64,000 bases of DNA from the NCBI GenBank assembly GCA_039698055.1, contig JBDKTL010000024.1, positions 4,264 to 68,263 of the forward strand. Direction: 5' to 3'. A model generated the notes under the pieces. It did no database searches. It was not told where the DNA came from and saw only the letters and a program-made list of their open reading frames with translations. Source of the stretch: Methanoregula sp. (GTDB taxonomy: Archaea; Halobacteriota; Methanomicrobia; Methanomicrobiales; Methanospirillaceae). The translations under genes were made by a program, and so were the position numbers. Of the stretch, positions 9,576 through 19,393 are shown in pieces; within the stretch, counting starts at the first letter, position 1; each line of letters opens with the position of its first letter.

Positions 9576-9968
9576 TTAGTAGACGTATCCCAGCAGTTCA
9601 CCGCCAATACTCTCTTTTCTGGCCTGCACATGTGACATAACACCGTGTGAGGTAGAGAGCATGATCAGCCCGAAATTCTTTCCGGGCAGGTAGCGTTTCT
9701 CCCAGTACTCCATCTCGTTCTGCTGTACTGAAAAACGCGGTGTAATTGCACCGCATTTGTTGATCTTTCCGGTGAGATGCACCTTAAGCTGCCCACCACG
9801 GCCATCCTCGATAAACTCGAAGCCGCCGATATAACCTGCATCCTGCATGATGCGAAGCATCGCACCGAGGAGTTTGCTCGCGGGTTCAAGGGTACATTCG
9901 GTCTTGCCGGTGTCGCCAGCGTTCTTTAACGCGCTCATCCCGTCTGCAATAGTATTCATACGTGTCAT
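9576..9968 (-). CDS. rps8: 30S ribosomal protein S8 (uS8)
   Basis: [18 protein letters not shown] is a typical S8 start, with ATG at 9968 giving 130 aa. The track extension to 10019 would run through rps14. Confidence 0.9.
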   Translation of the reverse strand: MTRMNTIADGMSALKNAGDTGKTECTLEPASKLLGAMLRIMQDAGYIGGFEFIEDGRGGQLKVHLTGKINKCGAITPRFSVQQNEMEYWEKRYLPGKNFGLIMLSTSHGVMSHVQARKESIGGELLGYVY

Positions 9969-9982
9969 TTTGCAGTCACTCC

Positions 9983-10138
9983 TCAGTTCATCTTCTTGAA
10001 GCCTATTTTCCGGGCCCATTCACGGAAGCACTGCCTGCAGAACATGATGTTATACCGGCGTACAAGACCCTGCTTGCGTCCGCACATCTTGCACTCATTT
10101 GCACCGCGTCCGAAAATCTTCTTCTTTTCTCCACCCAT
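9983..10138 (-). CDS. rps14: 30S ribosomal protein S14 type Z (uS14), zinc-binding
   Basis: Below the ORF-track cutoff. My translation is [51 protein letters not shown], with CxxC...CxxC. ATGA overlap with the rpl5 stop. Confidence 0.85.
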   Translation of the reverse strand: MGGEKKKIFGRGANECKMCGRKQGLVRRYNIMFCRQCFREWARKIGFKKMN

Positions 10139-10644
10139 CAGCGCACCTCCGCCTTGTATTCCTGTTTCAGGAATGCAATTGCATCTTCCTTTTTCACACG
10201 CTGCTTTGCAGGGAGCTTCTTCTGCTCCATACGCCGGCGGGTGATCCGGATGCCATTACGCTCGAGCACCACATTGACATCCATACCGTAAATCCCAATC
10301 TGGGGGTCATAGGACATTCCGGGGAAATCCGTGTGCTCTTCAACACCAAATGAAAAGTTGCCGCTCTTATCAAACTGGCTCTCAAAGAGAGTATTGTTAA
10401 TAATCCCAAGAGACGTTTTAAAGAAATCCACGGCTGGTTTTCCACGGAGCGTAACCTTGCAGCCAATCGGGGCGCCTTTCCTGATGGAAAATGCCGGCTG
10501 GGTCTGTTTTGCAATGCTCCTGATTGGCGTCTGGCCGGTGATCGTCTTCATGATATTTTCGGCTTTCACAAGTTTTTCACCGCTCTCGCCAACACCCATG
10601 TGGACGACAACCTTGTCGATATGGACATCACGCATTGAGGTCAT
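10138..10644 (-). CDS. rpl5: 50S ribosomal protein L5 (uL5)
   Basis: 168 aa, [18 protein letters not shown] motif, operon position. Confidence 0.9.
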   Translation of the reverse strand: MTSMRDVHIDKVVVHMGVGESGEKLVKAENIMKTITGQTPIRSIAKQTQPAFSIRKGAPIGCKVTLRGKPAVDFFKTSLGIINNTLFESQFDKSGNFSFGVEEHTDFPGMSYDPQIGIYGMDVNVVLERNGIRITRRRMEQKKLPAKQRVKKEDAIAFLKQEYKAEVR

Positions 10645-11366
10645 TGTTCAATCCCCTGGTTGGCAATTGAGTTCTTTTCCTTACCGACAACGTAGATGTA
10701 CGGCATAATTGTGTCAAACGGGGTCTTGGTCTGCTCGTCCTCAACAATGATACGGTTCGGCACACTGCCGGAGGTTTTTACAATCTCAAGGATGCGACCG
10801 ACTTTGCCTGAATGACGTCCACCGATGATCATTGCCATATTGCCGACAGCAAAGGGGAAATGATCGAGGATCTTGAACCGGTCCTCGGGTTTGAGGGAGA
10901 TCAGGATCGAGTCGTTTGATTTGTACGTGTTATCAGCGATGACATTTGCGCCATACCGCAGGTTCAGCTGGACACGCCCACCGGATATGGTAGTCTTGTT
11001 CTGGATCTTGCACAGCCTGCTCTGCGCGGACTCTGCGTCGATCTCCAGGGTTTTGTGGCGGCCTTTAACGTCACGCAGGATACGGTAGTACTTATCCATT
11101 TTCGGAATGGCAATTACATCAAAGATCCCAATGCCCATCTTTGGATCCCGACATGGGCGTCCGTTGATAATGACATCGTTCTGGTTGAGGATCTGCTTGA
11201 CTTCCTTCATGTTGCGGGCAAAACCCATCATATCGCGGAGCCAGACGGCAATCGGCATCGCGTTTGCATTGTGCGCACCGGGTGCGGTCTTCGTGATGAA
11301 GGTATTGGTCTTTTTGGCAATGTGCCATGAATCCGGCGCATTCAGCCGCTTCAGATGATCTGACAT
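10641..11366 (-). CDS. rps4e: 30S ribosomal protein S4e (eS4)
   Basis: [26 protein letters not shown] is a canonical S4e start; 241 aa. Confidence 0.9.
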   Translation of the reverse strand: MSDHLKRLNAPDSWHIAKKTNTFITKTAPGAHNANAMPIAVWLRDMMGFARNMKEVKQILNQNDVIINGRPCRDPKMGIGIFDVIAIPKMDKYYRILRDVKGRHKTLEIDAESAQSRLCKIQNKTTISGGRVQLNLRYGANVIADNTYKSNDSILISLKPEDRFKILDHFPFAVGNMAMIIGGRHSGKVGRILEIVKTSGSVPNRIIVEDEQTKTPFDTIMPYIYVVGKEKNSIANQGIEQ

Positions 11367-11731
11367 TATTTCGTCTCCTCGAGTTTTGCCACGCGCCGCG
11401 GGTCATCAAGGTTGAGCTTGGTTATCTGCACCTTGGACGCATCAACAGTTCGCGGGACTTCTGTGCCATCTGCCTTGGTGGATGAGACACCGTGGACAAC
11501 GAGTTTTGTTTTCCGGGTATCGATGGCATCGACAAGTCCTTCTTCGCCAACATGGTCTCCGCGCATGACCTTGACGGTGTCACCTTTGACAACACGTAAC
11601 GTCTTTTTCTTGTATTTCTCTTTCAGCGCTTCGGACATCGGGGCGCTAAGGAATTTCGATCTCATGTGAGAAGGTGCATTGTAGCGCGCCTTTCTCTGTT
11701 TTCTTGGCTGTTTACTCTCAATTCTTACCAT
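11366..11731 (-). CDS. rpl24: 50S ribosomal protein L24 (uL24)
   Basis: KOW motif VVKGDTVKVMRGDHVGEEG; operon position. Confidence 0.9.
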   Translation of the reverse strand: MVRIESKQPRKQRKARYNAPSHMRSKFLSAPMSEALKEKYKKKTLRVVKGDTVKVMRGDHVGEEGLVDAIDTRKTKLVVHGVSSTKADGTEVPRTVDASKVQITKLNLDDPRRVAKLEETK

Positions 11732-11740
11732 ACAGCCACC

Positions 11741-12139
11741 TCACACAATGATAGTTGCCATGGAACCAAGCTTCGGGAAACGTTCTGCCACTTCACGGGC
11801 AACCGGTCCCTTGATTTCAGTTCCTTTCGGCTCGTTTTTCTCATCGACCACGACAACGGCGTTGTCGTCAAAGGACACGCGAATCCCGTTCGGGCGGCGC
11901 ATCTCCTTCTTTGCTCGGATGACAACAGCCCGCACAAGCTTTTTACGCATGTCCGGGGTTCCCTTCTTAACGGTCACCGTTGCGATGTCACCAAGACCCA
12001 TCTTGGGCTGCCGGCGTCGGACACCATGATACCCGAAGACGGAAACAATCTGAACAATGCGGGCTCCAGTGTTGTCCGCACAGGTTAGTTTTGTTCCGGT
12101 CGACAGTGCCCGCGGGGTCTTTGATTGTTTGCCTTTCAT
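11741..12139 (-). CDS. rpl14: 50S ribosomal protein L14 (uL14)
   Basis: [17 protein letters not shown] motif. ATG at 12139 makes an ATGA overlap with the rps17 stop. The track start at 12193 lies inside rps17. Confidence 0.9.
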   Translation of the reverse strand: MKGKQSKTPRALSTGTKLTCADNTGARIVQIVSVFGYHGVRRRQPKMGLGDIATVTVKKGTPDMRKKLVRAVVIRAKKEMRRPNGIRVSFDDNAVVVVDEKNEPKGTEIKGPVAREVAERFPKLGSMATIIV

Positions 12140-12462
12140 GGCTGTGACACCTCGACAACGACAAAGGTCGTACTCTTCGACAACGGTCTGCACTCAGCGA
12201 TCTTCACCAGGTCGCCAACCTTTGCCTGGATGCAGGGCGGGTTGTGGGCGTGAAGTTTTGATATACGCTTTTCATACCGGTTGAATTTCCGGACGTAGTG
12301 CAGGTAATCCCGTGCAACTACGACCGTTCCCATCATTCTATCGCTCACGACTTTGCCGGTGATCACCTGGCCGCGCACCGGTAAAGTGCCATGAAACGGA
12401 CAATTAACGTCCTTGCATTCCTGTGCCGGAGCCGGGACGTTTAATCCAATGTTTTGTGCCAT
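12136..12462 (-). CDS. rps17: 30S ribosomal protein S17 (uS17)
   Basis: [31 protein letters not shown] motif; 108 aa. Confidence 0.9.
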   Translation of the reverse strand: MAQNIGLNVPAPAQECKDVNCPFHGTLPVRGQVITGKVVSDRMMGTVVVARDYLHYVRKFNRYEKRISKLHAHNPPCIQAKVGDLVKIAECRPLSKSTTFVVVEVSQP

Positions 12463-12746
12463 TATGGTATCCTCTTCTTTTCATGCAGGTTGATCCTCTT
12501 TTCAGGAGCCAGAATCATTGCGGACCCATTAATCTCAACAAGGGTGCCATCCGGGAGCTGTACGCGGAATTTACTGTGCATTTTCTGGATGCGTTTGATT
12601 CCCTGTACTGTCTGGATGACGAGCATGTTCCTTGTCTCATCGATAATGTGTCCACTAACCCCCCAATGAAGAGGGTTTGCGGCTCCTGCTACCAGAACGT
12701 CAAGCCCGATCAGTTCGTGCCTGATGACGTTCTGGAAAGAGATCAT
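12462..12746 (-). CDS. rnp1: RNase P protein component 1 (Rpp29/Pop4 homolog)
   Basis: 94 aa with [34 protein letters not shown]. Conserved archaeal position between rpl29 and rps17. Confidence 0.85.
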   Translation of the reverse strand: MISFQNVIRHELIGLDVLVAGAANPLHWGVSGHIIDETRNMLVIQTVQGIKRIQKMHSKFRVQLPDGTLVEINGSAMILAPEKRINLHEKKRIP

Positions 12747-12946
12747 GCAGTTCTCCTGCGGTTCTGTTCGGTCAGCATCCGGGCGATGGTGCGCCGGAGT
12801 TCGCGGATGTGTCCGGGGTTTTCCGTGGCACCGCCAGCACTGACTTTCCCGTAGTGCTGGACAAGCTCCATCTGGAGTTTTCCCATCTGTTCCTGCAGTT
12901 CGACATCAGAAAGCTGCTGGACATCCCGTGCTCTGAATATTGCCAT
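12743..12946 (-). CDS. rpl29: 50S ribosomal protein L29 (uL29)
   Basis: 67 aa, helical; LRELRRTIARMLT motif; operon position. Confidence 0.9.
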   Translation of the reverse strand: MAIFRARDVQQLSDVELQEQMGKLQMELVQHYGKVSAGGATENPGHIRELRRTIARMLTEQNRRRTA

Positions 12947-13641
12947 TACCGCACCTCGACTGATTCCTCATCAGGAAGGGCAGGCTCTTCAATATCAATG
13001 TCACTGATATCAGTAACGGTCGCCTTTGGTTCCACCCGCTTCTTTTCCTGCTCGATAATCGTAAAGTGGTCAGGCATCTTTGCGTCACCGGGCACGATCT
13101 TGACCTGCACGCCAATAACACCAAGTTTCTTGATTGCAACAGCGTAGCCTTTCACAACAATTGTGTTGCTGGGTTCACCGCAGTGTTTGATGTACCCTTC
13201 AGTAAACTTCTGGGTTCTGGCACGTGCACCGGTAAGTTTGCCGGCGATAATGACCTCACACCCAAGTGCACCGGATTCCATAACACGGCGCATGATGCTC
13301 GATCCTGCCTTGCGGAAATACCAGCCACGCTCAAGTGCATTTGCAAGCCGTTCGGCCATGATCTGGGCATTGAAACTGGGATTGGTAACCTGCTGGACTT
13401 CAATCTGCGGTGATTCTACTCCATAGCTTTGTGCAAGGTCCAGGGTCAACTGGTGAACGAGTTTGCCGCCCTTACCAATCACAATACCGGGTTTCTCCGC
13501 AAAGATGGTTACCTGTGTGCCAAGAGGTGTACGGGCAATATCCATGCCACCGTATCCTGCACGTTTAAGCTCCTTTGAGAGGTACTTCTCAACGCGGGCT
13601 TTGCGTACACCTTCCGATATGAATTTCTTCTCGACGGCCAT
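12946..13641 (-). CDS. rps3: 30S ribosomal protein S3 (uS3)
   Basis: KH domain VTIFAEKPGIVIGKGGK; 231 aa with an acidic C-terminus. Confidence 0.95.
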   Translation of the reverse strand: MAVEKKFISEGVRKARVEKYLSKELKRAGYGGMDIARTPLGTQVTIFAEKPGIVIGKGGKLVHQLTLDLAQSYGVESPQIEVQQVTNPSFNAQIMAERLANALERGWYFRKAGSSIMRRVMESGALGCEVIIAGKLTGARARTQKFTEGYIKHCGEPSNTIVVKGYAVAIKKLGVIGVQVKIVPGDAKMPDHFTIIEQEKKRVEPKATVTDISDIDIEEPALPDEESVEVR

Positions 13642-14111
13642 TATGCCACCTCACGAACAATAATCTCTATGTTAACGGTTTCCCGGGCTTTCGGTGATGC
13701 TCTTCCCATCGCACGGGGGAAGAACGATTTCTGGCTGCGGCCCCGGTTTGCGGTGACATGGATAATCTCCAGGTTCTCCGGGTCAAGTCCGATGTATTCG
13801 GCATTCTTCTTGACCGATTCGAGGATCCGTATGTATGCTTTTGATGCCTTGACCGGATACCGGCCTGCATCCCAGTTGCCTGGAAGTCCGCGCTTGTGTG
13901 CAACATTGCTGTTGAAACGCCGGAACGGGATTGCCTTTTTAAGGGCAATTACCTGGTTGAGGTATGCAATCGCGTCATTCACGCGCTGGTGGCGGATGAA
14001 GTTGGCAATCTCGATAGAGTGCTTGGGAGACTGGGAAAGCTCATTTGCCTTCCCTTTTGCAATATTGTCTCCTTCAACCTTTTTGGAATAATTAATGCGT
14101 GCCATTTCCAT
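13641..14111 (-). CDS. rpl22: 50S ribosomal protein L22 (uL22)
   Basis: [37 protein letters not shown] motif. ATG at 14111 chosen; the track start at 14114 is GTG. Confidence 0.9.
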   Translation of the reverse strand: MEMARINYSKKVEGDNIAKGKANELSQSPKHSIEIANFIRHQRVNDAIAYLNQVIALKKAIPFRRFNSNVAHKRGLPGNWDAGRYPVKASKAYIRILESVKKNAEYIGLDPENLEIIHVTANRGRSQKSFFPRAMGRASPKARETVNIEIIVREVA

Positions 14112-14530
14112 CACTTCAGCGGAACGTATTTGCTGCCCCTTGTTGCACCGATACCAGCGGAACCATGGGTGACCTTATGTCTCGTCAATGCAAATTCACC
14201 GAGGTAGCGGAAAACCGACTCGGGCTGGAACTCGACTTTTATGAATTCCTTGCCGTTGTAGATCTCGATTGTTTTACCAATCATCTCCGGCATGACAATC
14301 ATGTCACGCACATGAGTCCTGACCTTCTCATCACCGGCACGAATCTTTGCAAGTAACGTCTCTTCACTGCGGTTGAGGCCACGGTTGATTTTGCGGCGTG
14401 CTCGGGCTGGCATGAGGGGGAGGAGTTCGCTCATCCCCATCGCTTTCAGCTCGTCAACCTTATACCCGCGATAGGTGAACTCTTCCCGCCTTCTGGGCAT
14501 TCTTTTTTGTGTCTTTTTAGGTGCTGCCAT
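14111..14530 (-). CDS. rps19: 30S ribosomal protein S19 (uS19)
   Basis: [31 protein letters not shown] motif. ATG at 14530 is preceded by GGAAGTGA; the track start at 14539 is GTG. Confidence 0.9.
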   Translation of the reverse strand: MAAPKKTQKRMPRRREEFTYRGYKVDELKAMGMSELLPLMPARARRKINRGLNRSEETLLAKIRAGDEKVRTHVRDMIVMPEMIGKTIEIYNGKEFIKVEFQPESVFRYLGEFALTRHKVTHGSAGIGATRGSKYVPLK

Positions 14531-14535
14531 ACCGT

Positions 14536-15252
14536 TCACTTCCTGCTCTTACCTGTCCTGCGTGCAGCCACTGATCCAACCGTTCTTCCCGGAGAGGTAC
14601 CCCGGGCGATGGTCTTTGGCCGACCTGTGTGCTGGTGACCGCCGCCACCGAACGGGTGGTCGATGACGTTCATTGCAACACCACGGACACGGGGCCAGTT
14701 GGAGGCAGTATTTGCCATCTTGTGGTACTTGTTGCCTGCTTTCACAAACGGCTTTTCAATCCGTCCGCCCCCGGCAACAATACCGATTGTCGCACGACAG
14801 CGTCCGTTGAACCATTTTGTCTTTCCGCTCGGCATCCTGACACCAACACGCTCTTCAATCTTATCGACAACAACTGCCTGAACCCCGCTTGAGCGGACAA
14901 ACTTTCCACCGTCGTTCGGGCGGGACTCAATGTTGCAGATAAACGACCCTGTCGGAATCTTGAGAAGCGGAAGCGTGTTTCCATTCTTCACGGTTGCATC
15001 CGCCCCCCATGCGATGGGTTCGCCGATGCCGACACCTTCTGTGACCAGCATGTAAACCTTGGCCCCGTCTTCAAGTTGTACGAGGGCAATGGGTGCGTTC
15101 CGTGCCGGATCATGTTCGATATCGATAATGGATCCGTTAACGGTCTGGGTATCATTTCCGATATGTTTCAGCTCCGCTTTATACCGGTGGGATGGTGCAC
15201 GATATGTCGGGCCTCCCCTGCCACGGTTCTGTGTAGTAATGCGATGTCCCAT
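14536..15252 (-). CDS. rpl2: 50S ribosomal protein L2 (uL2)
   Basis: MGHRITTQNRGRGGPTYRAPSHRYK and VIDHPFGGGGHQHTGRP motifs. ATG at 15252 is preceded by AGGTGG; the track start at 15261 is GTG. Confidence 0.95.
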   Translation of the reverse strand: MGHRITTQNRGRGGPTYRAPSHRYKAELKHIGNDTQTVNGSIIDIEHDPARNAPIALVQLEDGAKVYMLVTEGVGIGEPIAWGADATVKNGNTLPLLKIPTGSFICNIESRPNDGGKFVRSSGVQAVVVDKIEERVGVRMPSGKTKWFNGRCRATIGIVAGGGRIEKPFVKAGNKYHKMANTASNWPRVRGVAMNVIDHPFGGGGHQHTGRPKTIARGTSPGRTVGSVAARRTGKSRK

Positions 15253-15261
15253 GTTCCCCAC

Positions 15262-15513
15262 CTACATAATGCCGAGACGGCTGAGAATTTCCTCTGCGGC
15301 TTTTTCATTCTCAAAACTCACGATAGCCTTTTTCTCGCCGTGCATGGTCATGAGTGTGTAGACCCGTTTCACTTTCTGGTCAAACGCTTTTTCAAGGTCG
15401 CGTTTGATCGTCTTTTTGGTTGCTTTGTTGTCAACGAGGAACTGAAGTTTGTTCTCATTTTCCAAAAGCACCATTGCCTTTTCCGTGACAAACGGGTGTT
15501 TCAGCGTTGCCAT
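15262..15513 (-). CDS. rpl23: 50S ribosomal protein L23 (uL23)
   Basis: 83 aa, HPFVTEKAMVLLENENKLQFLVDNKATK motif. Confidence 0.9.
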   Translation of the reverse strand: MATLKHPFVTEKAMVLLENENKLQFLVDNKATKKTIKRDLEKAFDQKVKRVYTLMTMHGEKKAIVSFENEKAAEEILSRLGIM

Positions 15514-16260
15514 TTACTTTCCCTCCAAGCGTATCAGGGCACTTTCAGTCCATACGGTCAAACGCCCTGCCTGCATACCTGGCGCAAGGTGCTCGACATT
15601 CAACTGGTCAACCGTGACTACATCAACTCCGGATAGGTTACGTGCAGCACGAAGTTCCGGACCCGAAGTAACAATCAGCAGACTCTTTCTCTGCTTGTAC
15701 CTGCGACCCCGCATCTTGCCTCTTCCTGCACGGACCTTGCGGCTGTCTTTTGCCCGCTCAACATCCTGGTAGACACCGATGGTCGTCAGCGCCGTGATGA
15801 TGTCCTGGGTGCGCTCGAGTGATTCGAACTTGTCCTCAAAGACGACCGGTACCGCACCCGTGAAGGTGTGACCCCGTGAGGTCATAAGATCGGCCCGTAT
15901 GCTTGCTGCAACTGCAGAACGGAATGCTTTTTGTTTTTCCTTCTGGTTGATCTCTTTAATGAGAATCTTCGCTACAACCGGGGGGTGTGCTTCACGACCG
16001 CCTTTTGCCTGCGGGACTTTTGCCGCACGGGAACCGTTCTTGAGACGGGGCACATGCGATGCGCCGCGACCGCTTCCCCAGCCGACTGCGGACGAACAGA
16101 TACCCGCAAAGGGGTTGGTTCCGTGGGGCTGACGCCGGGTGCTCTGAAGAGCCATCACTGCTTTTTTGATCAGATCTGGTCTGTATTCCTCTGAGAACAG
16201 GGCCGGAAGTTCAATATCTTTTGAGACTTCGCCTTCAATTGTCTTAACCTGTGCTTTCAT
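15514..16260 (-). CDS. rpl4: 50S ribosomal protein L4 (uL4)
   Basis: 248 aa, GRGASHVPRLKNGSRAAKVPQAKGGREAHPP motif. Confidence 0.9.
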   Translation of the reverse strand: MKAQVKTIEGEVSKDIELPALFSEEYRPDLIKKAVMALQSTRRQPHGTNPFAGICSSAVGWGSGRGASHVPRLKNGSRAAKVPQAKGGREAHPPVVAKILIKEINQKEKQKAFRSAVAASIRADLMTSRGHTFTGAVPVVFEDKFESLERTQDIITALTTIGVYQDVERAKDSRKVRAGRGKMRGRRYKQRKSLLIVTSGPELRAARNLSGVDVVTVDQLNVEHLAPGMQAGRLTVWTESALIRLEGK

Positions 16261-16266
16261 CTCTGA

Positions 16267-17280
16267 TCACCCCTGTTTGCTCTGGACGCTCACAAACTGG
16301 ATCGCAGGCATCCTGACGACATGCTCACCCTGGCGGATTGCCGGGCGGATTCTGATCAGGCGCTTGATCGGCCCGGGGATGGACCCCTTGACAAGGACAT
16401 ACGGGCTTTTAAGAACGCCGTAGTGCAGGAAGCCGCCTTTCGGGGTGATTTCAGCACCGCTTTCTCCGATCTTTAAAATGCGCTTGTTGAACTCCGTGCG
16501 CTGCTGGTATCCCAATTGGCCGCTCTGGGGTACCTGCCACCGGACGTGGTGTGGGTTCCAGGGTCCAAGCGTACCAATGTGGCGCTCTTTTCCACCGACA
16601 GAGTGCTTGCGCTTGCGCAGTGCAGTACCCCAGCGTTTTGCAGGCCCCTGTGTGCCTTTACCGGTGGTAATTGCAGTGATATCCGCATACGCACCAGACT
16701 GGATAATGCTGCTCAGGCTGACTTCTTTTCCAAGCAGTTCAAGAGCAAACTCGTACTGTTTTGCCATGTTGTCCCCGGAAATTTTAATCTCCATAAGGTC
16801 AGGAACTTTTTTGGGAACTCCGCTGATCGTCGCCGGCTGCGTGTAGGTAAGAGCGTGGATCTCTGCCACATTGCCAGATGCAACTGCATCGGCGAATTTC
16901 TTCTTCGCTGACTCCCCATTATAGTCCTTTGGCATGGTAATCCTGCGGGAAAGCACGGCATCCAGCTGATCTGCCCAGATCTCGGTGAATGCGTGCTTGC
17001 CGTAGGTGTCCTTCGCATATGCGCGGATGGCGGCAACTTTCATGGTGGGTATTTCTATGACGGTAACTGGCACCATGATTTCCTTGCCTTCAGTTGGACT
17101 TTCCTTGTGATCGTCCACCATGATAACATGCGTCATCCCCACTTTATAGCCTGCGAAACCCTGCAGAACCGGTGTTCCGGTGCTGACGGGCCACGACTGG
17201 TATTTCGGTATGGGGCTCTTTGCACGTTTCCGTGGGCTGAATGCAAGGGAGCCTCGACGTGGTCTGTTTATCTTTGGCAT
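16267..17280 (-). CDS. rpl3: 50S ribosomal protein L3 (uL3)
   Basis: [20 protein letters not shown] and [12 protein letters not shown] motifs. First gene of the cluster. Confidence 0.95.
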   Translation of the reverse strand: MPKINRPRRGSLAFSPRKRAKSPIPKYQSWPVSTGTPVLQGFAGYKVGMTHVIMVDDHKESPTEGKEIMVPVTVIEIPTMKVAAIRAYAKDTYGKHAFTEIWADQLDAVLSRRITMPKDYNGESAKKKFADAVASGNVAEIHALTYTQPATISGVPKKVPDLMEIKISGDNMAKQYEFALELLGKEVSLSSIIQSGAYADITAITTGKGTQGPAKRWGTALRKRKHSVGGKERHIGTLGPWNPHHVRWQVPQSGQLGYQQRTEFNKRILKIGESGAEITPKGGFLHYGVLKSPYVLVKGSIPGPIKRLIRIRPAIRQGEHVVRMPAIQFVSVQSKQG

Positions 17281-17384
17281 GTGTTAATCATTCCTCTGTA
17301 TTCGTGTAAGGTATTCTTTCTTCGACACGAACTGCGATTTATCCGAGACTTTTAGCGATATCGCTGTTTTGTCTGAAAAGTTTA

Positions 17385-17838
17385 CTCGCGGCCGGGCGTA
17401 TCAGGTCGACTGGAAAACATGCATATCCCGAATAGGGGATGTATGCTCATTGGATTCCCGACTGATTGAACGCCACGGATAGGGTGTTTGGATGAGAAGT
17501 ACTCATCGTATGCCATTATGTGCCGGCATTGCCTGTCTCGCGAAAGAAGACCCTGACATGAATGCATCTTCAGGCTGCTACATGCAACGCGAAGAGCGGG
17601 CTCGTTTGTTAAAACGTCCACCCATGCATTATGGTCAGATCCAACTCTGTCAGCCTTGTTGTGACGAATCACAACTCCTTCTCGGTATCCCCCGCAGATA
17701 TGCAGGGTTCACCAACCGGGAAATACCCACGGCAGAACCTTTTCCCTGTGTCTCCTGGATGAGTTCCGCCGGTATGTTACACGTGATTTGTCGGATCATA
17801 CCCGTGTACCACGGGGATACCCCCACATCGGCTTCCTT
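17385..17838 (-). other. Long non-coding, apparently structured region upstream of rpl3 (candidate 5' leader or independent ncRNA)
   Basis: No credible ORF. GC content is coding-like, unlike other spacers. A TATA-like box lies just upstream on the minus strand. There are several stable hairpins, including GUUGUGA-UUCG-UCACAAC at 17658-17675. See the finding for this region. Confidence 0.3.
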
Positions 17839-17857
17839 AAATTTTAGTTAAAAGAAC

Positions 17858-17870
17858 ATATATATTTATG
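17858..17870 (-). promoter_or_regulatory. TATA-box-like element (minus strand CATAAATATATATG) upstream of the rpl3 leader
   Basis: This is the only strongly AT-rich element between the tfx stop and rpl3. An archaeal TSS is expected about 25 nt downstream, near 17835. Confidence 0.4.
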
Positions 17871-17913
17871 CCACAATTCGAGAGGTTTCCCGGATTAATA
17901 TATTAACAACAGG

Positions 17914-18318
17914 TTATCCGAAATATAATTCTCCCCCCTCAGTAATATAAATCTCAATATCATCACAGATGCACCGGGCTTTGCATGACTGGGGGCGCGT
18001 TTCCCGTAGTCGGTTTATCAGCGAGATGGTATCATATTGTACTTTTATGGAGTTCTTTTCCGCCTCGGCAAAAATCATACTTGGGACATCAAAAAGATCC
18101 GTCCCCGAGGGGATTGTACACAGGTGAATCGCATCAAGCGTGTAGAGAAATTCAAGTGTTTCTTTTGCCCTTCGGATATTTTCCATTGCCGATTTTTCTA
18201 TCGTGCAGACATTTGCCTTGGATGTATTGATAATATCAGCAATTTGTTGCTGGGTGAGGCCTTGTTTACGATACCGGAGCACCTCCATTTGTCTGTCGGT
18301 GAGCAGACCGTCTTTCAT
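17914..18318 (-). CDS. tfx: Tfx family DNA-binding transcriptional regulator
   Basis: LLTDRQMEVLRYRKQGLTQQQIADIINTSKANVCTIEKSAMENIRRAKETLEFL is a LuxR/sigma70-r4-like HTH, and length and layout match Tfx. ATG at 18318 chosen. The track extension to 18450 is AT-rich and looks intergenic. Confidence 0.7.
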   Translation of the reverse strand: MKDGLLTDRQMEVLRYRKQGLTQQQIADIINTSKANVCTIEKSAMENIRRAKETLEFLYTLDAIHLCTIPSGTDLFDVPSMIFAEAEKNSIKVQYDTISLINRLRETRPQSCKARCICDDIEIYITEGGELYFG

Positions 18319-18454
18319 ACCTTCCAATTTATCACCGCAACTTAAACACTTTTCGTTAACTCCCCAATCCAACAGGGCAGTAATTTCTCTAAACACAAGA
18401 TCTGAATAAATCGATAAAATATCATTTCCGACGAGAAAAATTGATTTCAAAATC

Positions 18455-18462
18455 TTTATATG
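18455..18462 (+). promoter_or_regulatory. TATA box (TTTATATG) for mtd
   Basis: Lies 48 nt upstream of the mtd ATG. GAGGTG (18497-18502) gives an SD-like site in the short leader. Confidence 0.45.
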
Positions 18463-18509
18463 AATACCGGATCATAGTAACGTGTTAAAAAAATAGAGGT
18501 GAAATTTCT

Positions 18510-19352
18510 ATGGTTGTTAAAGTAGGAGTTGCGAAACTAGGCAATATTGCCAGTGGTGTAATGGCAGAACTGCTTCTCGACGAGAGAGCAGACCGTGAAG
18601 ACATGCAGACATTCATGGCGACCAGCGGAACAAAACTTGAGCCCGCTGATGTTGACCGTGTCGTCTCCAACCTTAAGGCATATAAGCCGGACTTCTGCAT
18701 TGTTGTTTCCCCCAATGGGGTTCTCCCCGGCCCGACCGGTGCCCGCGAACAGCTTGCAGCAGCAGGTATCCCGGTTGTTATCATCACCGATGATGTAACA
18801 ACGAAGAAGGAGTGGGAAGGAGTAAAAGCTGACACAAAATTCGGCTATATCATCATGAAGGCAGACTCCATGATTGGTGCACGCCGCGAATTCCTCGACC
18901 CCGTCGAGATGGCTGACTACAACGGCAACCTCGTCAAAGTATTGGCTCTCACGGGTGCATTCCGTAAGATGCAGCTTGCTCTGGACAAGGTCATTGATCA
19001 GGTTAAGGCCGGCAAGAAAGGCACTGAACTCGAGCTCCCGAAGATCATCATGACCACCGACAAGGCAGTCGATGGTGAATTTACCAACCCCTACGCGCTC
19101 GCAAAGGCACGCGCTGCCCACGAGATCGCAATTGCGGTTGCAGGCCAGAATGTCAAGGGCTGCTTTATGACCAAGGAATGGGAGAAATACATCCCAATCG
19201 TTGCAAGTGCTCACGAGATGATGAAGGTCGCAGCACAACTCTGTGATCAGGCCCGCGAACTTGAGAAGGCAGGAGACAGTATTCTGCGCAAGCCCCACAA
19301 GAAAGATGGCATGCTTGTCTCCAAGAACAAACTCGTTGCAAAATTCGAGTAA
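18510..19352 (+). CDS. mtd: F420-dependent methylenetetrahydromethanopterin dehydrogenase
   Basis: [31 protein letters not shown] is the characteristic Mtd N-terminus; 280 aa. Confidence 0.95.
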   Translation: MVVKVGVAKLGNIASGVMAELLLDERADREDMQTFMATSGTKLEPADVDRVVSNLKAYKPDFCIVVSPNGVLPGPTGAREQLAAAGIPVVIITDDVTTKKEWEGVKADTKFGYIIMKADSMIGARREFLDPVEMADYNGNLVKVLALTGAFRKMQLALDKVIDQVKAGKKGTELELPKIIMTTDKAVDGEFTNPYALAKARAAHEIAIAVAGQNVKGCFMTKEWEKYIPIVASAHEMMKVAAQLCDQARELEKAGDSILRKPHKKDGMLVSKNKLVAKFE

Positions 19353-19353
19353 A

Positions 19354-19371
19354 TTTTTTTTTTATTTTTTT
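19354..19371 (+). terminator. Oligo-T terminator after mtd (T10 A T7)
   Basis: The run TTTTTTTTTTATTTTTTT starts 2 nt after the TAA stop. Archaeal termination uses oligo-dT tracts. Confidence 0.5.
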
Positions 19372-19393
19372 AGGGATGGTATATTTCCAGAGA

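Noticed and set aside
17385-17838. RNase P RNA or SRP RNA in the rpl3 upstream region.
   Set aside because: Neither strand contains the universal RNase P elements (GGAAAGUCC-type CR-I, ACAGAA..GGCUUA CR-V). The SRP RNA, with its GGCCCGGAAGGGAGCA motif, is clearly located at 56097-56404.
18537-19298. 253-aa antisense ORF inside mtd. Similar long antisense ORFs occur at 31271-32320 (deoA), 36407-37045 (thyA), 37220-38023 (DUF1614 gene), 38585-39196 (nop5), 7218-7790 (rpl18/rps5) and 40321-40818.
   Set aside because: Each lies entirely opposite a gene with strong family motifs. Their compositions are Cys/Arg/Ser-rich and not protein-like. Such shadow ORFs are expected at this GC content.
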